A DNA stretch of 64,000 nt, taken from the NCBI GenBank assembly GCA_021773295.1, contig JAJFKI010000007.1, positions 5,046 through 69,045 of the forward strand, given 5' to 3'. The first letter of the stretch is position 1, and every line of letters starts with the position of its first letter. The notes below the pieces were generated by a model. It was not told the DNA's origin, ran no database searches, and saw only the letters and a list, made by a program, of their open reading frames with translations. This DNA is from Gammaproteobacteria bacterium. GTDB taxonomy: Bacteria; Pseudomonadota; Gammaproteobacteria; UBA1113. This document shows, in pieces, positions 19,608 to 30,000 of this stretch. A program made the translations under genes and the position numbers.

Positions 19608-21296
19608 CTATGCTAACAAAAGCGTCGATATTTCTTTAGCCGTCATTGGTTTGTAATAATGATAACCCTGAGCACAATCACAACCTAACATTTGCAAACA
19701 CGTGGCTTGTTCTTGCTCCTCAACACCTTCGGCAATGACTTCAAGCTGCAATAATTTCGCTAATAAAATAATCGTTTTTATCACATTTTTTGTATTAGAA
19801 CAGTTTACAATTTTATCTATAAGTGATTTATCAAGTTTCAATTCATCAAAAGGTAGTTGAATTAAATAGAGCATTGATGAATAACCCGTACCAAAATCAT
19901 CAATGGAAAGTTTTAACCCGAGCTTTTTTAATTTTTTTACTTGCTCAAATGTAATATCTGCATTACTCATAACTGCTGCTTCACTGAGCTCGATGCAAAT
20001 TTGTTGAGGCGAAATAGTATGCTTCGTAAGAAGATTTTCAATAACCTCAACAAGGAGATCAAGCCGTAAATTATAGAGTGATATATTAATTGATAATATA
20101 AGTTCAGGATTTTTCTTCAGCCATGGCTTAACCTGCTGGCAGGCCGAATCTAACACCCAATAATCAATTATGTGAATGATGCCCGTTTCTTCAGCGATGG
20201 GTATAAATAATTCTGGAGAAATTTCACCAATTTCCCTTCCTTTCCAACGAATTAATGCTTCTATACCAATAATTTTGTTATCCAACATACGCACTTGTGG
20301 TTGATAACAAAGCGTAAATTCCTTCTTGCTTATCGCTGTATGTAACGCTTCTTGGATTTGATATTGATTTTTTAATGCTTCATTCATCTCATCTGAATAA
20401 AAGCACAGCTGATTCCCGCCTTTTTTCTTTGCTTCATACATTGCTTGATCAGAATGTTCGATAAGCTCTTCGGTTGAGCTTCCTGCGCTAGGATAGACTG
20501 CAACACCAATACTAAGCGCACAATAAATCTTCTGCTTCTCGTAATAAAAAGGCTGGGCAAAAGCATTGATGACTCTTTCCCCTAGCAACGCAATCTCTTT
20601 GAAATCATTTACTCGCTGTTGCACTAATATAAATTCATCACCGCCAAGTCTAGCAACTAAATCTGTATCACGAACAAGCTCGCGCATTCGAGTTGCAAAA
20701 TTTTTCAGGACATTATCCCCAGCACTGTGCCCATAAAGATCATTAATAGCTTTAAAGTTATCAATATCAATAAACATAATTGAAAAATTATAATTATAGC
20801 GTGTTGCTAGTTTAATAAGTTTATCCATCTCTTTCTGAATGGTTGTGCGATTTAGCAGATTTGTGAGTGGATCATATTCGCCAACTTCTTTTATGATAGA
20901 TTTTAATTTCAATATTTCTGAACGATCCCTCACCAATAGTAAAATAGTACTTTCATTTTCTATCTTGATTGGGATAAAGCTCATTAGGGTAGGAAACTCT
21001 GAGCCATCCAGTTGTAAGCCCATGAGATTATTATCCAGCAGTACTTTTGTACTGTTATCATTGAGTAATCCAACGATCTGTTGGTATATTTTTTTCTGAC
21101 TTCTCTCAGGTAACAAAGCCTCGATAGATTCATTAATAAGGCTCTCACTGTCTCTTGCAAATAGGCATTCCGCTGCGTAATTGACATAGATAATCTTGCA
21201 TGTCTTATCGATAAGAACAACGCCGTCACCAAGCATTTCGCAAAATTTATATAAAGGCTGATTCTCAAACTGTGTTTTTATTTGCTGGTCTGACAC
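19608..21296 (-). CDS. PAS-GGDEF-EAL c-di-GMP signalling protein
   Basis: 562 aa; PAS N-terminus, GGDEF (RLGGDEFILV), EAL (EALIRW...) domains. Confidence 0.9.
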   Translation of the reverse strand: MSDQQIKTQFENQPLYKFCEMLGDGVVLIDKTCKIIYVNYAAECLFARDSESLINESIEALLPERSQKKIYQQIVGLLNDNSTKVLLDNNLMGLQLDGSEFPTLMSFIPIKIENESTILLLVRDRSEILKLKSIIKEVGEYDPLTNLLNRTTIQKEMDKLIKLATRYNYNFSIMFIDIDNFKAINDLYGHSAGDNVLKNFATRMRELVRDTDLVARLGGDEFILVQQRVNDFKEIALLGERVINAFAQPFYYEKQKIYCALSIGVAVYPSAGSSTEELIEHSDQAMYEAKKKGGNQLCFYSDEMNEALKNQYQIQEALHTAISKKEFTLCYQPQVRMLDNKIIGIEALIRWKGREIGEISPELFIPIAEETGIIHIIDYWVLDSACQQVKPWLKKNPELILSINISLYNLRLDLLVEVIENLLTKHTISPQQICIELSEAAVMSNADITFEQVKKLKKLGLKLSIDDFGTGYSSMLYLIQLPFDELKLDKSLIDKIVNCSNTKNVIKTIILLAKLLQLEVIAEGVEEQEQATCLQMLGCDCAQGYHYYKPMTAKEISTLLLA

Positions 21297-21400
21297 CGTC
21301 CCATCCCTGAGTCATTCATTATAGGCACCCACAGCGTATGGCGTTAACTCGCCAATTCGTGTGCACCACCTAAAGTTTAGTATTAATTACCTGAAATACT

Positions 21401-21560
21401 ATATACACATCGTACTCCGAAATGCAAGATTAATGCTGCTGCTTTTTGCCCTCATTGAGCGTTTGCAATTTGGCAATAGAATCACTAAAACGTCCAAAGG
21501 GAACAAAAGTTACCAGGCATAAATCTCGCATTTCGAAGTATTCAAAGCCAAACGATGCAA
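21401..21560. repeat. Degenerate, inverted copy of the MITE-like element
   Basis: atatacacatcgtactccgaaatgcaagattaatgctgctgctttttgccc...caatttggcaatagaat...ccaaagggaacaaaag...ctcgcatttcgaagta aligns with the reverse complement of copies at 35230 and 41265. Confidence 0.5.
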
Positions 21561-21569
21561 TTTAAACTA

Positions 21570-22706
21570 TTATCTTCCATATTTATGAATGATTCGTAAC
21601 ATGCTAAGCGCAATTTGCATCCTAGCCTGATACTTTAACTCGCCTTTATTGGTCAGCACCGATACTGCCATATCACGATTTGGCACCCAGATATAGAGTG
21701 CGGAATAACCCGTTGTCGTTCCTGTGTGGTACCAAATATCACCATACTGTTCAAAGTAGCGACGTTTAATTCCCAAGCCATAACCAAATTCATTGGAGTA
21801 ACTTGGCAATGTCCTGCCCGTTGCTCGCGAGACAACTTTTTTTAACTCACGTAACTCTTTTGACGTTAATACGCCGCCAGTGAACAATTGCCGTGCCCAG
21901 TATGCCATGTCTTGGCTATTAGAGACCAATGCCCCTGCTGCCCCTGCCCATGACATATTAATATTGGTTTTATCCATTTTGTCATAATACCCATGGACTA
22001 AATGTCGTTTCATCCAATGGGGGTAACGATGTGTTGCATAATACATGTGCTTTAAATGATACGGCGTCAAAATATAGGTTTGTAGATTTTCCGCCACTGG
22101 GCGATGAGTGACGTGATGAATGATCATGCCTAATAAAATGTAATTGGTATTTGAATAACGCCAATCTACCCCAGGCTTAAAAAGTAAGGAGCGTTTATAG
22201 GCATAATTGACAATTTCATTAGGCTCCCATTGCGTGTGATTATGCTTGCTATTATAAATATGATCAAAACTACCAAGCTTGGTGTAATTAAATATCCCAC
22301 TGGTGTGATTGAGTAAGTTACGGATGGTAATCCTGTGCCATTTTTTATATTTGGGCAGATATTTCGTCAACGGCGCATCCAATGATAATTTATGCTCCGA
22401 GGCTAATTTTAAAATCAACACAGCGATAAAGGTTTTAGTAATACTCCCGACTTGAAATAAGCTGTATTCATCTATGAGCGTCTTACCACCACGACGTTGA
22501 TAGCCAGAATGTAAATTAAGAATATAATGATTAGGAAAACTAATGCTCACCGCTAAGGCGGGAATGTTATACACTTTGCGTTGCCGAGCGACTTCATAGT
22601 TTAATTTATTCATCAACGTATGTGTATCGGCCATCGCCGTTACGCTAAAGAAGAAAAGTAGATAAAGAATGTATCTAAAGCATCCTTGCTTTTTTGTCAT
22701 TATCAT
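21570..22706 (-). CDS. Serine hydrolase, class C beta-lactamase/PBP-like family, secreted
   Basis: Signal peptide; SxxK (SITK), YxN (YSN), HTG (KTG-like) motifs. Confidence 0.75.
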   Translation of the reverse strand: MIMTKKQGCFRYILYLLFFFSVTAMADTHTLMNKLNYEVARQRKVYNIPALAVSISFPNHYILNLHSGYQRRGGKTLIDEYSLFQVGSITKTFIAVLILKLASEHKLSLDAPLTKYLPKYKKWHRITIRNLLNHTSGIFNYTKLGSFDHIYNSKHNHTQWEPNEIVNYAYKRSLLFKPGVDWRYSNTNYILLGMIIHHVTHRPVAENLQTYILTPYHLKHMYYATHRYPHWMKRHLVHGYYDKMDKTNINMSWAGAAGALVSNSQDMAYWARQLFTGGVLTSKELRELKKVVSRATGRTLPSYSNEFGYGLGIKRRYFEQYGDIWYHTGTTTGYSALYIWVPNRDMAVSVLTNKGELKYQARMQIALSMLRIIHKYGR

Positions 22707-22735
22707 GGAGGTCCTGACAGTTTATCGGGAAAAAT

Positions 22736-23992
22736 TCATACTCCAACAGTAACTGGTTTGCGAAATTTTATCAATAACGCCACCATTAACCCTAATACTA
22801 AGAACACTGGCACCATCACCACCGGCAGTAACAGACTGCTTTTATCAAAGACAAACTTTGCTGCATGGTGGGATAACACATTACCCACCAGAACGCTCAT
22901 AATGACTTGTAAAATAGTTCCCATGGCAATATTAACGGTGCTAATAAGACCTGAGGCCAAACCATTAAGCGCTACTGGCATTTGCTTACTCATTGCGGCA
23001 AAAGGAACAAAGTTAAAACTACAAAAGCCACCCAACAAAAACATGGTCACCATCAATAACCAAAGGTTGGTGTTGTAAGGGTAAATAATCACGCCGATAC
23101 TAATGATGGAGCCGATGGCTCCAATCAGCATGATGCGCCGTAAGGGATAACGATCACAGACCCATCCAATCATAGCGCTACCAAAGATTTGCCCAACCCA
23201 AACTAAGGATACAATTTCAGCTGCTTCGAACGTTGGCATGTGATAGCCTTTCACCAAGTATGGCACGCCCCACATGGATGCAAAGGCAACCGTCGGCGCA
23301 TTCACTAAGCCTGCATAAAGCGCTAATAACCACGTATTGGGCGTATTAATTTGTTTAAGCGCGCCTTTGCTAATGACGTGTGCTTGCCGCACATACCTGT
23401 GCTTTGGGTACAATACCCAAAAGGCTATGGCAAAGACAATGCCTACCATTGCAAAGAAATACACATCATAACGCCATCCCAAGGATTCCAAAGTAAAAGG
23501 AAGAATATTTTGCCCTGCAACGGCCCCTAATACCCCCATGGTTGCCGTCAAACCAACAAATAAGCCCCGCTTTTCAACTGGAAAGTACTTTGCAATCACT
23601 TTCAACGCGCCAATCATACAAAATGAGGCACCAATGCCCATGAATAGCCGACTTACCTGCGCCATCAATAGATTCGTACTATGGGCAAACCATACGTTTC
23701 CAGCCGCTAATAGCACTGCTGCTAAGACAAGCATGTTGCGCTCACCATATCTGTCGATGAGGAGTCCTGCAGGCAATTGCATAATGATATACGTATAAAA
23801 ATAAAGGGCTGTTAATTGGCCAACAGCACCCGGTGTAATTTGAAAACTCTGAGACAAATCAAAGACAAAGACGCTCGGCGATACCCGAATGAAAAATTCG
23901 TAAAAGAAAAAACTCACGGCTAATAGCCAAAATAGCATTGCTTTGCGATGTGTCATAATCTTGCCCAATATAATTGAGGCACTATTGTACAA
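22736..23992 (-). CDS. MFS transporter
   Basis: 12 predicted TM segments; MFS loop 2-3 motif (DRYGERN); likely start at the second Met (MTHRK...). Confidence 0.8.
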   Translation of the reverse strand: MYNSASIILGKIMTHRKAMLFWLLAVSFFFYEFFIRVSPSVFVFDLSQSFQITPGAVGQLTALYFYTYIIMQLPAGLLIDRYGERNMLVLAAVLLAAGNVWFAHSTNLLMAQVSRLFMGIGASFCMIGALKVIAKYFPVEKRGLFVGLTATMGVLGAVAGQNILPFTLESLGWRYDVYFFAMVGIVFAIAFWVLYPKHRYVRQAHVISKGALKQINTPNTWLLALYAGLVNAPTVAFASMWGVPYLVKGYHMPTFEAAEIVSLVWVGQIFGSAMIGWVCDRYPLRRIMLIGAIGSIISIGVIIYPYNTNLWLLMVTMFLLGGFCSFNFVPFAAMSKQMPVALNGLASGLISTVNIAMGTILQVIMSVLVGNVLSHHAAKFVFDKSSLLLPVVMVPVFLVLGLMVALLIKFRKPVTVGV

Positions 23993-24042
23993 TAAACAGT
24001 GGCCAAAATGCCAGCATAATTGTTAAGAGGAGGACATTAAGT

Positions 24043-27000
24043 CTAAACAAAGTTTTGCGTAATATCCGTATCGTAGTAAATATCGCCGACTAATGTCAAT
24101 GATTGAACGTGTTGATAGACTTCACCGCCAACGTTAATCGTACCAAGCGCTTGCCATCCTGCACCCGTTTCAATATTGAGTACATCACCTGTGTTACCCT
24201 GTACGATTAGCGTATTTGGCGTGTCAACTGCGCCAAAGGTGTTAATTTCCGTGGACAGATCAAATACATCGGATAAGCCTAAGGTCAAGGTATTATTCCC
24301 GGTGCCGGTGATGTCGACAACTTCAATACCCTCGTGGATTAAATTGTTGATACTGGTTAAATCCACGACTTCACCACTGCCAGATAATTGTAGAGTATCC
24401 AGACCTGCACCACCATCAACTTTCGTCGTGTCTGCAGCATCATAAATGAGGGTGTCATCACCTGCCCCAGCGCGGTAAACATCATTACCACCCTGGCCAT
24501 CTAAGGTATCATCGCCTTGCATCGCAACAAGGTGGTTATCAAAGACATTACCTGTTAAGGCATCCGCCCCACTGGTGCCTTCGAAATCAATAATACCATT
24601 CGTATTTGAACCATAGATAACAAATAGCTCACCTTTACCTGGTCCACCACCAAGTGGGCTTTCGGGACTTCCTAAGATAATATCGTCATAGCCATCGCCA
24701 TCGAAATCGGTGACTTCTAGGTTAGCGCCCGCAATATCATCACGGCCAAATCGTTCATTGGCAGTATCACCATTGATGACATAGCCATTAAAGCCATCAA
24801 TATTTGAACCCACTCCATTTAACGTAAACGGTGCCGTTATGTTTGCCGAGCCGTAAATGACATACAAATCACCCGCATTAGTAAGCCCTTCATCACCTAA
24901 GGGGGCAACAAGGATTAAATCACTATAACCATCACCATTGACGTCCCCTGAGCCACTAACCGTTAACTCACTGGCCGCACTAGCAATAACGGCAAATCCA
25001 ACACTAGGCATACCGCCTACGGCAATACTATTAAATGTCGCTGGTGTCATTGACGTTAACGAAGGACCCCCGTAAATCACATAACCGACAATATCATTTT
25101 CAGCATTTGGCGTGCGTGTGGTAACAAATATATCATTATAACCATCTCCATTGACGTCTCCCGCACCAACAATGTTACCTTCTGCTTCAAAATCAACATC
25201 CGTAAGATCCGCGCCAGCATCAACGACATCAATAAATATACCGTTAGTTCCATTTAATAAACTTGCATCTAATGGGTTGGTGTAAGCACTCGTGCTACCG
25301 TAAACAATGGCAAATCCATCCGTGTTACCATCATCTACTGTTCCAAAGCCAATATCATCTAAACCATCGCCGTTAATATCACCTAAGTTCGCAATTCTTT
25401 GTGTTGCCGTCTCGCCAGTGCCCTCAAATTCAAAGCCGTTAGTGCCATTAACGGTATTCACATCAAGGGTCGCACCAAAACTGGTACTACCAAATATAAC
25501 AAAATGATTGCCACCGTTATTTGTTGTCATTGCAAAATCTGCAATACCATCGCCATTAACATCACCTAAGCCTTGGGCATCGTCAATATTTCCAAAGTTT
25601 AAGTTATCTTCAATTGTAAAACCGCTGAGATCATCAATATGAGTTTCCGCTGAAAGGATTGTGCTTTGTCCGAAAATGACTCTACCAACATTAGTGCCTA
25701 TTGTAGAGGTATAGGAAACCAGCATATCACCAATACCATCACCATTGACATCCCCAAGACCTGCAACTGCAAAGTCGATCTCATTAGCAAACGTGCCACC
25801 AACTGCAACATCACCTGTAATGACAAATCCTTGTGTGCCCGCGCCTAAAGCAGTCTTATTAATGCTACCTGTTACGCGCGTTGCACCACCATAAACAATA
25901 TAGGCTTCGCCATCATCAAAACCTGAAATCGTATTTTCAACGCCACGCGCATTGACGATGATATCGAGAATGCCATCACCATTATAATCACCCACACCCA
26001 CGGCACCACCAAGCGCGTCATCACTACCAATACCATTAAGTGTAAATCCAACAGCATTTGTAAGCGTTGTAGAAACAAGCTCATCAAAGCCAACCACTGT
26101 CACACTCACTGTCGCTGAATCTGTGGCGCCTTGTGAATCTGTTATCGTATAGGTGAAAGTGTCAACAGCCGTTTGCCCACCCGTCAAATTATTATGAAAG
26201 CTCGTACCAAAAGCATCATAAGTAAAGTTACCACTGGCATCCACGGTAACCGTTGCTCCATTCACACTGGTGGCATCAAAACTGGTGACACTAAAGGTAT
26301 CTCCCGTATCGATATCACTATCGTTTGTTACCACGTTACCTGCATCTTTACTTTTCGGATCAGGCAAGCTAACCGTATCAAAGGTGTCATCAACCGCTGT
26401 CGGTGCATCATTCACACCAGTCACAGTAATGGTCACTGTGGCTGTATCTGTACCACCATTACCATCATCGACTGTATAGGTAAAGGTATCGTTGAGGGTT
26501 TGGCCAACTGCTAATGCTTGCAAAGCTGCAGCCACCGTTGAATCATAAGTAAAACTACCATCGCCATTAACATTCACTGTTGCACCATTGACACTAGCTG
26601 CATCAAACACTGTGACTGTTAAGGTGTGGCCATCTGGATCGGTATCATTAACAAGTACGCCAGGCGCTGCAATATTAAGTGGCGTATCTTCATTGGTCGC
26701 ATCGCTGTCATCCATTGCATCAGGGACAAAATTAACGCCCGTTACCGTGACAGTAACCGTCGCTGTATCCGTACCGCCATTACTATCATCTATCGTGTAT
26801 GTGAAGGTGTCATTGAGGGTTTGGCCAACTGTTAATGCTTGTATTGTAGCAGATCCTGTTGGATCATAACTGAAACTACCATTGCCATTGACCGTTACAG
26901 CTGCACCACTGGTGCTGACTGCATCAAAGCCCGTGACGGTTAAACCCTGGCTTTCTGCATCTGTATCATTCACTAATACTCCTGGCACACCCTCATTAAG

Positions 27001-30000
27001 CACTGCATTTTCATCGGTTGCATAACCATCATCCACAGCATCTGGGGCATCATTAATGCCCGTGACATTAATGGTGACTGTCGCCGTATCGGTGCCAGTG
27101 TTGCCATCATCGATGGTATAAGTGAATGTATCATTGAGGGTTTGACCCGTATTGAGTGCTTGTATCGTCGCAGCACCGGTTGGATCATAACTATAGCTAC
27201 CATTGGCGTTGACATTAACTGTGGCACCACTCATGCTCGTTGCATCAAAGGCTGTGACTGTGATACCGTGACTTTCTGGATCCGAATCATTAACTAATAC
27301 ACCCGGCGCACCCGCATTAATCACGCTATCTTCATTCGTGGCATTAGCATCATCCACAGCATCTGGAGCATCATTAATACCTGTGAGTGTCACTGTGACT
27401 GTCGCCGTATCGGTGCCACCGTTACTATCATCAATCGTATAAGTGAATGTGTCATCAAGGGTTACGCCCGTGTCTAATGCTTGTATCGCCGCAGCACCCG
27501 TTGGATCATAACTGAAGCTACCATTGGCATTGACATTAACCGTGGCACCATTCACACTCGTTGCATTAAATGCTGTGACGGTTAAACCATGGCTCTCTGC
27601 ATCGGTGTCGTTGTTCAACACACCAGGCACACCAATATTCAACGCTGTATCTTCATCAGTTGCGTAACCATCATCTACTGCATCCGGAGCATCATTGACA
27701 CCCGTCACTGTGACGGTGACCGTCGCCGTATCGACGCCACCATTACCATCACTCACAGTATAATCGAACGTGTCATTAAGGGTAACACCCGTATTTAAGG
27801 CTTGAATGGTTGCGGCACTGGTAGGATCATAACTAAAGCTACCATCAGCATTGACATTAACTACGGCACCACTCGCACTCGCTGCATCAAACGCAATAAC
27901 TGTCAGTGTATCACTGGTATCAACGTCCGTATCACCATTTAAAACACCTAATGCTGCATTGACATTTAGCACAGCATCTTCGCTCGCATTGTAACCATCA
28001 TTATCAGCGACTGGCACATCATTTTCCCCGGTGATGGTCACCGTTACTGTAGCAACATCTGAGCTACCATTACCATCATCGACCGTATAACTAAAGCTGT
28101 CCACGGCTGTTTCACCGACCGCTAAGGATTCAAACTGACCATTAGGGTTATAAGTGACATCGGTCCCGTTATTGGTGACAAGACCTGTCGTACCCGCGAG
28201 GTTAAGACCGCTAATGGTTAGTGTGTCATTAAGATCTGGATCAAGATCATTAGCTAAGACGTCAACAAGCGTGCCAGCGTTATCTTCACTCACACTTGGT
28301 GTGTCTGCTACGGCTGTGACAGGATCATTAACACCTGAAATATGCATGGTAACCGTTTGCGTCGCTGTAGCACCATGCGCATCTTGTGCAGTATAAGTAA
28401 AAACATCCTGCGCCGTTTCTCCAACAGATAAATAATTAAAATTATTGCCTGGCTCATACTGAAAGTCACCACCACCAAGATCAGTGACTAATCCTATCGC
28501 ACCTGTTGTATTTAAACTTATAAAGGTTACATCCTCCCCTGAGTCAGTGTCAAAGTCGTTACCAATAGGAGAGGGATATATAGGAAAAACATCATCTTCT
28601 GTCAAAAAGTTATTGTCTGCAACTAAGACCATTGGATCATCAACACCAAGCACATTAATTGTCACATGAGCTGTGTCAGTAGCAATCCCATCGGTTATTG
28701 TATAATTGAAAGAATCATTAGTTGTTTGGCCCCCTGGTAAAATTTGTATGATAAAGACCGATGTTGGATCATACGTAAAACTGCCATCGCTTAGTAATGT
28801 AACATCAGCCCCTAGAAGCGAAGTAAACATACCAATTGGTGAAGTTACCGTCAATGTATCTAACGTATCAACATCTGTGTCATTGGCCAATATGCCACTT
28901 GCGGCATTAATATTAAAAATCGTATCTTCAGTAGCACCAACATAACTATCATTTACTGCAATAGGCGCATCATTAACCCCTTGAATGCTATAAGTGACCG
29001 TTGCTGTATCTGTGCCACCATTGCCATCACTGATTGTGTAAGTAAACACGTCTGTAACTACTTGGCCTTCAGCAAGTGCTTGGATATCTGGGTTTGTATT
29101 AGTGATGCTATATTGGTTTAATCCTGATACAGAATCAACGAATAAGTTACCGTAAGTGCCGCCTCCGAAGGAAGGACTTGAAGAAACACTACCAGCAACA
29201 TTTGTAACCGTCAGTGTATCTAATGTATCAATATCTGTGTCATTTACAAACAAGCTCGCACCAGTGTCTGCGAACTGAAATATACTTGGAAGATTCGCAT
29301 CTTCAATCAAAGGTATTGGCTGCGCATCATTGCCTGCCGTTGGTGCATCATTTGCACCTGTGACGGTAATATTTAAATTAGCTGTAGCTGTGGCGCCTTG
29401 ATCATCGGTGATTTGGTATGAGAATGAATCAATCACAGTTTGCGTCGCTGCTAATGCTTGAACATTTGCGGCGGCGTTGTCTAGTGTGTAGCTGTAAACA
29501 CCGTTGCTGGCAATGGTTACCGAGCCATAAGTGCCCATAACTACATTACCTACATTCGCCGGTAGACCAGCCACTGCTGTAACTGAAAATGATGAGCCAT
29601 TATCTACATCAGTATCATTAGTTGTAACTGTACCTCCTGCAACTAAAGTGCCATCTTCAGCCACATCATTTGAATCATCATTTGCTACGGGTGCGTCGTT
29701 GATACCCGTAATCGTCACCGTCACACTGGCTGTCGAGAACCCGCCATTACCATCACTCGCCGTATAACTAAAGGTATCGGTCGCGGTTTCTCCCACGGCT
29801 AAGCTTTCAAATTGTCCATTGGGATCGTAGGTGACATTCGTACCGTTATTAATAACACTGCCCAGTGTGCCCGCCGTATTCACAGCACTCACCGTCAACA
29901 CATCACTCGTATCCGGATCCGTATCATTGCTTAAGACATTAATCGCAACAGCAGGACCATCTTCATCGGCGGCGCCTACATCTGCAACGGCCGTTGGGCC

